Positions 1 through 8,895 of a stretch of 32,000 bases of DNA are shown piece after piece. Position 1 is the first letter of the stretch, and each line of letters starts with the position of its first letter. Position numbers and translations under genes: made by a program. Source of the DNA: Pyrolobus fumarii 1A (GTDB lineage Archaea > Thermoproteota > Thermoprotei_A > Sulfolobales > Pyrodictiaceae); assembly GCF_000223395.1 (NCBI RefSeq), contig NC_015931.1, forward strand, positions 630,001-662,000, in the 5' to 3' direction. The notes beneath the pieces were generated by a model that saw nothing but the letters and a program-made list of their open reading frames with translations, was not told the origin of the DNA and did not search any database.

Positions 1-95
1 GTCGAACTTCGACTACCCCCTCTAGTATCACATTACAGCACAAACCATTGTTAACATGGTGTTGTAGGAGAGGCTCCTCCCTCCTTCCCATATAC

Positions 96-1151
96 TCATG
101 TCTCCTCGAGGCTGAACCTCTCCTCTACAACCCTCCTATCCACCTTCAACAGCCTCGCCGCCACAAGTAGCTTCGCGATGTCAATGGGTTTGAGTTTGAT
201 GAGAGGCGCCTTGGTGATGTCTATGCGCCCCTCTTTCTCTACGACCCTCTCTGCTATCCTCTTACCGTCACGCCACGCTTTCAAGAACTGCTTGAATAGT
301 CCTAGGTTTTTGACTGCGAGCGGCACTGTGAACAGCTTCCTGGTGTAGAGTAGCCTTATGACTAGCTTAGCCTTGGTGGTTATGTTGGTCGCGTGGTAGA
401 GGAAGGACCAGCACCTGGCGCTGAGGTACACACGGTATGGCTTGACGCGCCCAAATGTCGAACCCCTAGAGTGTCTCGCCGCTATGAAGGGGAAGGATGC
501 TACCCGGTACCCGGCGTGCCACAGTTTAAGCCCAAGAACATTATCGTCGCAATAGGCGAACAGCTCATCGTAGAACATGCGGTTTGTATTATTTGCTTTC
601 AACACGGCCTCCACGCGCCAGATGGAGTAGGCACCGTAGGCATAGGTTATGTAGACTGGTTTCTTCATAGCTGTCGGCGGCTTGCCATGGAGGTAAGAGG
701 CGCCGAATATGTACTCACTTAGGTACTCGCCAGCTGTGTCTATCAATCCGGTTCTGGGATCAAGTATTATACCTTGAGCTGCGCCAAGGTATGGTCTCGC
801 TTCCATCTCTTCGACAAGCCGCGTTACGCTATCCGGCTCGGGCATGGCATCGTTGTTCAGAAGGATGACGTATTTCGATTCTGGATCGCGTGCCTGGAAG
901 GCCGCGTTGACGCCGCCGGTGAAGCCTAGGTTGGTATTCATGCGGAGTATTTTGGCGCGGCTTCCGAGCTTCTCCTCTATGAAGCTCTTTACCTTCTCGT
1001 AGCTGCCGTCCGTTGAGCCATTGTCAACCACTATGAGCTCGTAGTTAGGATAGTCTAGGTTTTTGACGCCCTCGAGGGATGCAAGTACATCCTCTATTAT
1101 CGGCATGCTGTTGTAGTTCAACCATATTATCGTGACCTTGGGGTACGGCAC
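96..1151 (-). CDS. Family 2 glycosyltransferase
   Basis: 351-aa ORF. N-terminal 'VTIIWLNYNS...YELIVVDNGSTDGS' and 'LLNNDAMPEPD' are typical GT2 (GT-A fold, DxD-like) signatures. It lies 13 nt downstream of rmlD on the same strand. Start is GTG at 1151. Confidence 0.85.
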   Translation of the reverse strand: MPYPKVTIIWLNYNSMPIIEDVLASLEGVKNLDYPNYELIVVDNGSTDGSYEKVKSFIEEKLGSRAKILRMNTNLGFTGGVNAAFQARDPESKYVILLNNDAMPEPDSVTRLVEEMEARPYLGAAQGIILDPRTGLIDTAGEYLSEYIFGASYLHGKPPTAMKKPVYITYAYGAYSIWRVEAVLKANNTNRMFYDELFAYCDDNVLGLKLWHAGYRVASFPFIAARHSRGSTFGRVKPYRVYLSARCWSFLYHATNITTKAKLVIRLLYTRKLFTVPLAVKNLGLFKQFLKAWRDGKRIAERVVEKEGRIDITKAPLIKLKPIDIAKLLVAARLLKVDRRVVEERFSLEET

Positions 1152-1164
1152 TGTTGTCCGCCCC

Positions 1165-2070
1165 TTAGCCTGTCTGCCTTAACTCCCTCCTAAGCTCCTC
1201 TAGGGCAGCCTCGTGATCCCAGAATGGCACGCTACCAACCAGTTGCCGCGCCAGCGTAACATCTAGGCTAGAGTCTCGCGGACGCGGCGCGATGAACTGC
1301 AGCTCCTCGAGTTTTACAGGCTTAACCAGGTCTTTTGGCAGCCCGAACTTCTCGGCTATCATGAGTGCGAACTCATACCTACTCACTCTCGACCCGGCGA
1401 TGTGCAAAACCCCGTGTTCAACGGCCTCGTCCAGCTTCTCTAGGAGTGTTAGCAGCGCACGCGCCAGGAGAGTGTTGAGTGTGGGGGAGTACCACTGGTC
1501 TATGGCTGCGTGTATCTCCTCTCCTCTCCCTAGTTTCTCGATAACGACTATCGGGAAGGTCTTCTTGCCCGGCCCGCTGCCGTAGATTCCACTCGTTCTC
1601 ACGACTACACCGTTAGCTGCGAGTACGGGTGTCTCTCCCGCGAGCTTCGTCAAGCCATAGTAGTTGATGGGCGATGGGGCGTCATCCTCACGATACTGGC
1701 CGCGTCTCCCGTCAAACACGTAGTCCGTCGAGATGTATACGATGCGGGCTCCGACGCGCACCGAGGCCCTAACCAACGCGATTGTCGAGAGCGTGTTAAC
1801 CCTCCATGCCATCTCCCTCTCCTTCTCGCAGGCGTCGACATTAGTGAAGGCGGCAAGGTGGAACACTACATCGGGCTTATGCTCTTGCACTACATCTACG
1901 AGCCTCTCGGGCTCGGTCAGGTCGAGTTGCAGCTTGATGCACTCGCTGCACGTCGCGGGGGGCTTTGAACGGTAGAGTGCTATGATGTCGAACCCCTTGT
2001 GCTCGAGGAGTCCTACAAGCTTGTGGCCGAGTAGGCCGGAGGAGCCAGTCACCAGTATCCTCACGTACAC
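1165..2070 (-). CDS. rmlD: dTDP-4-dehydrorhamnose reductase
   Basis: 301 aa. Rossmann motif 'ILVTGSSGLLG', 'YISTDYVFDG' and 'YGLTK' (YxxxK) match the RmlD/RfbD family. It sits between rmlB and the GT2 gene. Confidence 0.85.
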   Translation of the reverse strand: MYVRILVTGSSGLLGHKLVGLLEHKGFDIIALYRSKPPATCSECIKLQLDLTEPERLVDVVQEHKPDVVFHLAAFTNVDACEKEREMAWRVNTLSTIALVRASVRVGARIVYISTDYVFDGRRGQYREDDAPSPINYYGLTKLAGETPVLAANGVVVRTSGIYGSGPGKKTFPIVVIEKLGRGEEIHAAIDQWYSPTLNTLLARALLTLLEKLDEAVEHGVLHIAGSRVSRYEFALMIAEKFGLPKDLVKPVKLEELQFIAPRPRDSSLDVTLARQLVGSVPFWDHEAALEELRRELRQTG

Positions 2071-2113
2071 TCACCGCTAGGGGTGCATAAGCAGAGGCAT
2101 AAGCGCTGACCGG

Positions 2114-3112
2114 CTAGAGCTTCCACGGCGTGTCGCTAAGCACGTATTCGTCTAGTATGGGCTCCCACCACCAACGGTTCGACTTGTACCACTCTATTGT
2201 CCTCCGTAACCCCTCGCGTAGGTCTACTCTTGGCGTCCATCCTAGGCTTCTAACGCGGTCACATTTCATTGCATACCTGCGGTCGTCGCCCGGCCTACCG
2301 CGGACATAGACTATGCTCTCGCTGGGATCATGACCCATCATCTCTACTATCATCTCGACAATCTGCCTCACGCTCGCAAAGTTATGCGCACAGATGTTGT
2401 ATATGCTGTGTGACTCGCCCTTCTTTATCACCGTGTAGAGGCCCTCGGCGAAATCCTGCACGTATAGCCAGTCACGCACCTGGCCACCGTCGCCATAGAT
2501 GGTGGCTGGCTTTCCTAGCAGTAATCTGATGATAGTCCTTGGTATGAGCTTCTCGGGGTGCTGACGTGGACCGTAGTTGTTGCAAGGCCTGACTATTGTG
2601 TAGTTTATGCCGTACGTGCGTCCATATGCCGTTATGAAGAGGTCGCCCGCTGCTTTAGAAGCCGAGTAGGGGCTAGAGGGTCTCAGGCACCACGTCTCGT
2701 CAGCCATCTCTTGGGTCCACGAGAGGTCTCCGTAGACCTCGTCGGTCGAGATGTGGACGTATAGCGCGTCACGATACTTGCGTAGCACCTCTAGCACTGT
2801 GAATACTCCGAGGACGTTCGTGCGTATGAAGGGCGCCGGCTCGTTTATACTCCGGTCGACGTGCGTCTCAGCAGCAAAGTTCACTACGACTTCCGGCTTG
2901 AAGCGCTGCACCGTTTCCCCTAGCATCCTCTCATCAACAATATCGCCCTTCACGAACTCTATGCGATCTAGGACATCCCTTAGGTTCTCGAGGCGCCCCG
3001 CATAGGTCAGCTTATCGTAGACCAACACCTCTGCCCTACGCGCGTTCCTAACGAGGAACTCGACAAAGTTGCTCCCCATGAAGCCTGCGCCGCCAAGCAC
3101 CATTACACGCAT
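2114..3112 (-). CDS. rmlB: dTDP-glucose 4,6-dehydratase
   Basis: 332 aa. 'VLGGAGFMGSNF' (GxxGxxG), 'HISTDEVYGD' and 'YSASKAA' (YxxxK) are extended-SDR dehydratase signatures. ATG start at 3112. Confidence 0.9.
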   Translation of the reverse strand: MRVMVLGGAGFMGSNFVEFLVRNARRAEVLVYDKLTYAGRLENLRDVLDRIEFVKGDIVDERMLGETVQRFKPEVVVNFAAETHVDRSINEPAPFIRTNVLGVFTVLEVLRKYRDALYVHISTDEVYGDLSWTQEMADETWCLRPSSPYSASKAAGDLFITAYGRTYGINYTIVRPCNNYGPRQHPEKLIPRTIIRLLLGKPATIYGDGGQVRDWLYVQDFAEGLYTVIKKGESHSIYNICAHNFASVRQIVEMIVEMMGHDPSESIVYVRGRPGDDRRYAMKCDRVRSLGWTPRVDLREGLRRTIEWYKSNRWWWEPILDEYVLSDTPWKL

Positions 3113-3186
3113 CTAGATTTCACCGGTACCATGCCCATCTCCTCCAAGACTCCAGTTATACCTCTTGGTTTGCTAGTGTCACGTCA

Positions 3187-4317
3187 ATGCACGAGGTACC
3201 GATACTAGGAGCTGGTGCGGGGATTGTACGGGGCTGTAGCGTGGAGAAGAGCGTAGGTATCATCCCGGCTGCAGGCGAAGGCACAAGGCTACGCCCCATA
3301 ACCTTCTCGCTGCCGAAGCACCTAGTCCCCCTGCTCGGCAAGGCTATCATAGAGTATCCGTTGCAACACCTCGAGTCTATACAGGTTAGAGACATTGTCA
3401 TTGTTGTAGGGTACCTGGGTCACATGATACGCGAGTATCTCGAGGACAAGGGCTACCGGGCTAAATACGTCTACCAGGAGAAGCGCCTAGGCATAGCTCA
3501 CGCCATACACACCGCTATAGAGCAGGCTGGGATCAGCGGCTCCCCGCTCGTCGTGTACCTGGGCGACAATATACTCCTTGAGAAGCTAGAGACCCACTAC
3601 AAGGCTTTCATCGAGGGTGACTACGACGTCTATGTCCTCCTGGCGCCAGTGCCCGACCCGCATCGGTTCGGCGTCGCGGTTGTCGAGAGTGGTAGGATCG
3701 TGAAGCTCGTAGAGAAGCCTAGGGAGCCACCATCAAACCTCGCTGTGGTCGGCGTCTATATGTTCCGCGACTCTGATCTTGTCGAGAAGCTCTTCCGGGA
3801 GTTGAAACCCTCGTGGAGGGGCGAATACGAGATCACAGACCTCATCCAGAAGTTCATCGATCGCGGGTACCGCGTAGGCTACAGCGTGGTATCGAGGTGG
3901 TGGAAGGATATAGGTACTCCAGAGGGCCTACTGGACGCCATGCAGATGCTGCTAGACGCCATAGAAGAGCCGGTTATACGCGGCCGCGTAGAGGGCAACG
4001 TAACCACAAGCAAGGTTATAGTCGAGGAGGGGGCAGTCGTCGAGGGGGACATCAAGGGCCCCGCGTACATAGGCCGGGGGAGCCTCGTCTCGAGCAGAGC
4101 CAGACTAGAAGCCTATGTGAGCCTAGAGCAGGGCACCATACTGAAATCGGGCGTACTCGTAAACACGCTCGTCATGGGAGAAGGCACGACAATAGACATT
4201 GGCGAGGCGCAGCTAGAAGACAGTGTGATTGGCAGAGCTTGCGAGATCCTAGCACACAGAACTACAAACAGAATGAAGCTACTAGTGGGCGACAGGGCAC
4301 GAATCACAATAGACTGA
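3187..4317 (+). CDS. rmlA: Sugar-1-phosphate nucleotidyltransferase, glucose-1-phosphate thymidylyltransferase-like, with C-terminal left-handed beta-helix domain
   Basis: 'GIIPAAGEGTRLRPIT' is the nucleotidyltransferase G-x-G-T-R motif. The C-terminal ~120 aa contain hexapeptide-like repeats ('VIVEEGAVVEGDIKGPAYIGRGSLV...'), as in long archaeal RmlA/GlmU-like enzymes. It is divergent from rmlB. Start is ambiguous: ATG 3187 or in-frame GTG 3241. Confidence 0.85.
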   Translation: MHEVPILGAGAGIVRGCSVEKSVGIIPAAGEGTRLRPITFSLPKHLVPLLGKAIIEYPLQHLESIQVRDIVIVVGYLGHMIREYLEDKGYRAKYVYQEKRLGIAHAIHTAIEQAGISGSPLVVYLGDNILLEKLETHYKAFIEGDYDVYVLLAPVPDPHRFGVAVVESGRIVKLVEKPREPPSNLAVVGVYMFRDSDLVEKLFRELKPSWRGEYEITDLIQKFIDRGYRVGYSVVSRWWKDIGTPEGLLDAMQMLLDAIEEPVIRGRVEGNVTTSKVIVEEGAVVEGDIKGPAYIGRGSLVSSRARLEAYVSLEQGTILKSGVLVNTLVMGEGTTIDIGEAQLEDSVIGRACEILAHRTTNRMKLLVGDRARITID

Positions 4318-4492
4318 GTACATGCCCGTCAAAACCATGCCTATCAGTGCCTAGGCCACAATCCATAAACGATTTCTACAAGGAGAGGTTCCATACCTCG
4401 TCTTACCTTGGGTGCGCGACGGAAAACTGTACGAACAACCCCGGGCCATTGCAACGCTGAGAGTGACATAGTGTAGGAGGGTGTGTTTGGGT

Positions 4493-4570
4493 TGGCGGGC
4501 CCGCGGGGATTTGAACCCCGGACTACCGGCTCCGCAGGCCGGCGTCCTATCCTGGCTAGACGACGGGCCC
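4493..4570 (-). tRNA. tRNA-Arg (anticodon GCG), CCA encoded
   Basis: The reverse complement folds by hand into a cloverleaf: acceptor GGGCCCG/CGGGCCC, D stem GTCT/GGAC, anticodon stem CCGGC/GCCGG with loop CTGCGGA (anticodon GCG), T arm CGGGG-TTCAAAT-CCCCG, discriminator G, then CCA. Total 78 nt. Confidence 0.9.
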
Positions 4571-4715
4571 ACGCACTCCATGAGGCCGGAGATAACTACT
4601 CCCAGTTATAGGCGTTTCTAGGCTACTGTTTTGCCGTCGAGCGTGTCGATGTATCCACGGGAGGGCAGCTTACGTGGCGTGTTGGTCTCGGAGCTCGTGT
4701 CTCATTCGTGGTTTC

Positions 4716-4777
4716 CGCCTGTGATGAGTTGAAGCCCCCAGGCCGATGTGGTGATGATGTTCCCTGGCACTGAGGCG
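4716..4777 (+). ncRNA. Candidate C/D box sRNA (2'-O-methylation guide)
   Basis: Two perfect GTGATGA boxes sit at 4721-4727 (C) and 4751-4757 (C'). A perfect CTGA D box at 4770-4773 lies exactly 12 nt after C'. A D'-like CCGA is at 4743-4746. A 4-bp terminal stem pairs CGCC (4716-4719) with GGCG (4774-4777). The element lies in a non-coding gap between the tRNA and the HD gene. Weak points: the C-to-D' spacer is 15 nt, not 12, and there is no clear TATA upstream. Confidence 0.45.
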
Positions 4778-4797
4778 TTGCCGGTGTATGTGGTGCC

Positions 4798-5646
4798 GTG
4801 TTGTTCTTTACGCCAAGGCTTGCCCGTTATTGCGTTGAGGCTGGTGCCTTGGGCGGGGTAGTGGTTAGCCCGGAGCTTGTGAAGGTTAAGCTGCGTGGAG
4901 ACCAGCTGCTCGAGAGGGCTTGGAAGATAGCGATGAGTGACCATGAGCTTAGAGCGCTTCTCCGCATGAGTAACGTGATGGCCGTGAAGAGGCTACACTA
5001 TAACGATCATGGCCCGGTGCACGCGACTATTGTTGCTGGGGCTGCGCTCGAGATATTCGATAGGCTTGTCGAGGCTGGTGTTGAGCCTACCACGTTGCGT
5101 GACGGTACTGTAGATAATCTCTCGGAGGCGCGGCTCGTCGTACTCCTAGGAGCCTTGATGCACGATATTGGCAATAGTGTACACAGGCATAACCATGAGC
5201 TCGCTGGTGCTTTGTTGGCTGCACCCATACTAGACCGTATACTAGAGAAGCTGTACGGCGGGCTTAACGAGAAGACGTACCAGATACGCCAGGAGGTTAT
5301 GCACGCAATATACGCTACTGCCTATGACGTACAGTGTCTGAGTGTAGAGGCTGGCGCTGTTAAGGTTGGCGATGGTCTCGACATTGCCGAGGGGCGCGCT
5401 AGGATACCCTACAAGCTAGGAAAGATAGACATCCATGCCGTCTCCGCGCTTAGCGTGAAGCGTGTCGAGATAAGCGAGGGCAGGGAGCGACCGATATCCA
5501 TAACGATACACACGAACGATTATGCTGGCCTCTTCCAGGTCGAGGAAGTGCTGTTGAAGAAGATAGCTACTAGCAGCATAGGTGACTATCTCGAGGTGTA
5601 TCTGGGTGTTGGCGACGAGCCTCCGTTAAGGATACACCCCTCTTGA
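4798..5646 (+). CDS. HD-domain metal-dependent phosphohydrolase
   Basis: 'HGPVHATIV' and 'LMHDIGNSVHRHNHE' form the H...HD...H signature of the HD superfamily. The true start is probably an in-frame GTG at 4861 or 4879, because the 5' part of the track ORF has no family-like sequence. Confidence 0.8.
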   Translation: MLFFTPRLARYCVEAGALGGVVVSPELVKVKLRGDQLLERAWKIAMSDHELRALLRMSNVMAVKRLHYNDHGPVHATIVAGAALEIFDRLVEAGVEPTTLRDGTVDNLSEARLVVLLGALMHDIGNSVHRHNHELAGALLAAPILDRILEKLYGGLNEKTYQIRQEVMHAIYATAYDVQCLSVEAGAVKVGDGLDIAEGRARIPYKLGKIDIHAVSALSVKRVEISEGRERPISITIHTNDYAGLFQVEEVLLKKIATSSIGDYLEVYLGVGDEPPLRIHPS

Positions 5647-5820
5647 GGCTACATGGGTACAGGGCGATGAAGAGAGAACCCCTTGCTGAGTGGTGACGTT
5701 GCTTCGCCCGACTCGGAGCCCCATCGAACCCGTTCCATGCTTGATTTGTTGCGTTCGCATCCCTAGTTTTAACCGTGTGCAAAAATCGCCAAGAGTAGGA
5801 GCTTCTAGGGTGACACGATA

Positions 5821-6495
5821 TTGAAGCCCACTAACCTACGCGTCCGCGGCAAGGACGTAGTCCTAGTGCCCATATCGGAGTTGTCCGTCCACGAAGAGGT
5901 TAACCCGGCGCGTGTCACCCGTATGGCTCGCGTTATTCTCTCCTCACGTGTAGTCGAGAAGCCTATACTCGTTGACGAGAAGACCCTCGTCATAATCGAC
6001 GGTCATCATAGGTATAACGCGCTGCGCGCGATTGGCACAAGATACGCGCCCGCCATCCTCCTCGATTACAGTAGGGATGTTGAGGGTATAGGGGCTGGCT
6101 CGTGGAGCCTCCGGGCCGAAAACCCAGAGAGATTAATGGATCTTCTGGAGGCCGTCCTCGTGGCTCACGCCTCGCGGGGGCCGCACCCCGTTGTTATTGA
6201 GTCGCCTGGCGTAGGGCGTAGAGTTGTGTATCGCGATGCTCTTAGCGCTTATCTTGCTCTCCGATACTCTGGCTTGCTCGGGATAGATCACGGTAATAGT
6301 GTACATGCTGCCCGGGGTGTGCACAGCCCACGGCTGAGGGGTGGTGGCATGGTTATTGTGAGGCCCCCGCCGTTGAGCAAGGAGCATGTGAGGCTTGTCG
6401 GTTTGAGAGGTGAGACGCTACCACCAAAGAGCACGTTGCATGTAACGCCTTACAAGGGGGTTAGGGCGCCGGTGCGTCTAGATCGCCTCTTCTAG
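5821..6495 (+). CDS. ParB/sulfiredoxin-fold (ParB-like nuclease domain) protein, stand-alone
   Basis: 224 aa. 'LVPISELSVHEE...PILVDEKTLVIIDGHHRYNALRAIG' matches the ParB/Srx N-terminal domain with its DGHHR box. No HTH or ParA partner is adjacent. TTG start, with TTTTAA-like box about 50 nt upstream. Confidence 0.7.
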   Translation: MKPTNLRVRGKDVVLVPISELSVHEEVNPARVTRMARVILSSRVVEKPILVDEKTLVIIDGHHRYNALRAIGTRYAPAILLDYSRDVEGIGAGSWSLRAENPERLMDLLEAVLVAHASRGPHPVVIESPGVGRRVVYRDALSAYLALRYSGLLGIDHGNSVHAARGVHSPRLRGGGMVIVRPPPLSKEHVRLVGLRGETLPPKSTLHVTPYKGVRAPVRLDRLF

Positions 6496-6550
6496 AGTGG
6501 GCCTCGGTCCCGGGCTTCTCTCGTCACCCTCTCCGTCTGGAAGAGCTTCG

Positions 6551-7756
6551 TCACCGGCCCCTCCTTGACAGTCTCTCACGGAGCTTCTTGAGCATGGCTG
6601 GGCCGGTTATTGCTATCTCGGTGTTTAGCAGCTTCACCAGCAGAGCTAGCACTATGAGAGCCTCGAGTGCCTGTATTATTGTCGATATGGTGGCGTGCAT
6701 GATGCCTATTAGTGGCGCGTATGCAGCGTAGACTATGCACATGAAGGGTACTGCGTACATCGCTGGGTTCAACGGTAGACCGGCTATGCTCGCTAGCACG
6801 ACGCCTAGCATCGGGAACACTACTATAACCGTGGTTGCTTGTGCGCCGCGCACGGTCTCGGCGAATAGCGACAACACTTGTATCACCGTGGTTGTGAATA
6901 TTGCTGATGATAGCAAGGCTGCGATGTAAACTACCGTTATCTCCGGCGTGTACCCCGGCAGGGCGAGCGTAGCCTCTGTCTTCATACCCCGTAGCATGTT
7001 ATAGAGGCCTATTGTGGCGCTTGCAGCGGTCATGAAGGCTATGATTAGGCTGGAGATTACCTTTGCTAGTGATATGTCTCGGCGGCGCACAGGGAGCGAG
7101 AGTAGAACCTCTAGCATCCTCTCCTCGCGCTCGACGCCCATCATTATGGCGCCTATGCTCGCAGCGGGGAATATGACGAAGAACGGGAGGTAGGTTAGCA
7201 TTGTAGCTGTGCCCGTGAGCCTCACTATCTCATCCTGTGTGAACAGCCTACCCGAGACGTACACGTACTGGTCCACATTGATGCGCGGGCGCTGTGCCTC
7301 CGCGCCGCTCAACACCTTGGTAATGAAGGCCGAGACTGCTGGTGTCAGGCTTGTTAGGCGGACTAGTTGAGCCGGGCTACCGGCAACGTAGACCACGAGC
7401 GTCGCGTTTACACCTTTTGTTATGTTGGCGACGAACCCTCTAGGTACGGCCACCACTGCCGTATACCCTTCCTCTAGTAGCTTCAACGGCTCCTCCCGCA
7501 CAACACTCGCATTGACGCCACGGCCGCGGAGCGCATCTGCTATCATCTCTGCGAGTTTCTCCTCATCGGGCCCCCCGGGGACTATCGCCAGCACGACGCC
7601 CTTCAGCTGCCACGTTTCTCTCGCCTGCTCCGCGATACCTCCTATCACGGGCCCCATCGACGAGTACAATATCAGCGGCAGTATCACAGAGAGGACGACC
7701 ATATGCTCTCTTGCCAGCATGCGCAGCTCCTTCGACAGGAGGAGACGGAGACTCAC
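6551..7756 (-). CDS. ABC-2 type transporter permease (NatB-like, with large extracytoplasmic loop)
   Basis: 401 aa. One N-terminal TM segment, a ~150-aa soluble loop, then about 5 C-terminal TM segments. It starts 2 nt after the stop of the upstream ABC ATPase gene. Confidence 0.8.
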   Translation of the reverse strand: MSLRLLLSKELRMLAREHMVVLSVILPLILYSSMGPVIGGIAEQARETWQLKGVVLAIVPGGPDEEKLAEMIADALRGRGVNASVVREEPLKLLEEGYTAVVAVPRGFVANITKGVNATLVVYVAGSPAQLVRLTSLTPAVSAFITKVLSGAEAQRPRINVDQYVYVSGRLFTQDEIVRLTGTATMLTYLPFFVIFPAASIGAIMMGVEREERMLEVLLSLPVRRRDISLAKVISSLIIAFMTAASATIGLYNMLRGMKTEATLALPGYTPEITVVYIAALLSSAIFTTTVIQVLSLFAETVRGAQATTVIVVFPMLGVVLASIAGLPLNPAMYAVPFMCIVYAAYAPLIGIMHATISTIIQALEALIVLALLVKLLNTEIAITGPAMLKKLRERLSRRGR

Positions 7757-7757
7757 C

Positions 7758-8513
7758 CTACATCACCCCCACCAGCTTCATGTAAGCCTCCTCAAGGTTA
7801 CGGGCGCCGACACGCTCGATTATCTCGCTGGGCCTGCCGCTCGCCACAATCCTCCCACTCCTCATGAGGTACACACGGTCTGCCACACTCTCCACCTCTA
7901 GCATGTTATGGCTTGATAGGAGAACCGCTACACCCTCTCTCCTAGCATACTCGCGTATGAGCATCCTCAGCTTGTAACTAGCCTCGACATCAAGCCCGCC
8001 AGTAGGCTCATCGAGTATCACAAGCCGTGGTTTGACCGCCAGCGCCCATGCAACCTGCACCCTCCTCTTCATGCCCTTGCTATACTCGCCCATCTTCCTC
8101 CGCAAAGTACTCCTATCCAACCCGGTCAGCTCCACCGCCTCCCTAACCGCCCTGCGTATCTCATCCTCACTCGCACCCCTAGCCCCAAGATGGACTCGAA
8201 CCGCGAACTCGATGTACTCCAAGCCGGTTAGCTGCCGGTAGCCTCCCACCTCCTCCGGGACAAAGACGAGCCTCTTCCTAGCCTCCAGCGGATCCTTCAC
8301 AACATCAACATCCTCGATTAGCACTCGGCCGGAAGAGGGTTTCAACAACGTAGCTATGATCCGGAAGGTTGTAGTCTTGCCAGCCCCGTTAGGACCCACA
8401 AGCGCTACAACCTCGCCCGGAGACATCTCGAAGCTTACACCGTCAACCGCACGGACACCACCCGGAAACACTTTAACCAGGTTCTCGACGCGCAGTAGCG
8501 GCTCAACGCTCAA
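7758..8513 (-). CDS. ABC transporter ATP-binding protein
   Basis: Walker A 'GPNGAGKTT', signature-like 'YSKGMKRR' and Walker B 'LVILDEPTGGLD'. 251 aa. TTG start. Confidence 0.9.
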   Translation of the reverse strand: MSVEPLLRVENLVKVFPGGVRAVDGVSFEMSPGEVVALVGPNGAGKTTTFRIIATLLKPSSGRVLIEDVDVVKDPLEARKRLVFVPEEVGGYRQLTGLEYIEFAVRVHLGARGASEDEIRRAVREAVELTGLDRSTLRRKMGEYSKGMKRRVQVAWALAVKPRLVILDEPTGGLDVEASYKLRMLIREYARREGVAVLLSSHNMLEVESVADRVYLMRSGRIVASGRPSEIIERVGARNLEEAYMKLVGVM

Positions 8514-8637
8514 GGTTCACCAACCGCCATTATCCATTGCCCATCGATAATTACGCCGGTATTTACGTCTTTGTCGAGTGTCTAGAGGTATCTCTTGAAA
8601 TGCTGGGTCTGGGCATGGGGCTACTGGAGCAGCTGCT

Positions 8638-8895
8638 ATGCGTAGAGCCTTGCGTGGCGTGGAGCTTGCAGGCTTCATAACGCGTTTGTTGGGCAGCAAT
8701 GGGTTCTATGCTGCGAGGCACTCCACTAGCATACTCGTCATGCTCGGGGAGAGGGTGTTAGCCAGCATTCACGTCTATGGGGGTGACTGCATACTGAGAC
8801 CCTACCGTCCCTACATGAGCCTCCACCGCGAGGCTATAGACGCGCTAGAGAAGTTGCTCGCCAGCGTGTGTAGCCGCGTCTCGAGGCCCTGGTGA
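8638..8895 (+). CDS. Small hypothetical protein (85 aa)
   Basis: It is the only sizeable ORF in the 430-bp gap and uses genome-typical codons (ATA, AGG, GAG, CTA). AT-rich TATA-like boxes lie upstream (ATAATTA, TATTTA at about 8550-8575). I recognise no motif. Confidence 0.4.
   Translation: MRRALRGVELAGFITRLLGSNGFYAARHSTSILVMLGERVLASIHVYGGDCILRPYRPYMSLHREAIDALEKLLASVCSRVSRPW

Noticed and set aside
3813-4460. 215-aa ORF (+), Arg/His/Gly-rich, overlapping the 3' half of the rmlA-like gene in another frame
   Set aside because: It is an out-of-frame shadow of a well-supported CDS. The composition is low-complexity and basic, typical of off-frame reading of GC-rich coding DNA, and it runs into the non-coding region next to the tRNA.
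4351-4581. 76-aa minus-strand ORF overlapping the tRNA-Arg gene
   Set aside because: It reads straight through a canonical tRNA and is an artefact of ORF calling.
4318-4800. tRNA-Arg as a possible integration hotspot for a mobile element
   Set aside because: There is no integrase, no duplicated tRNA 3' fragment elsewhere in the window, and flanking genes are ordinary housekeeping genes with uniform composition.
5660-5720. Second C/D-box-like arrangement: AUGAAGA (5667-5673), 12 nt, CUGA (5686-5689), UGGUGA (5691-5696), 11 nt, CCGA (5708-5711)
   Set aside because: Three of the four boxes are degenerate and there is no terminal stem flanking the C and D boxes. The spacing is suggestive, but I do not consider it supportable without target complementarity or expression data.
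7055-7061. Extra GATTACC heptamer inside the ABC-2 permease gene
   Set aside because: It is a single half-site with no dyad partner, inside a CDS, and consistent with chance occurrence.
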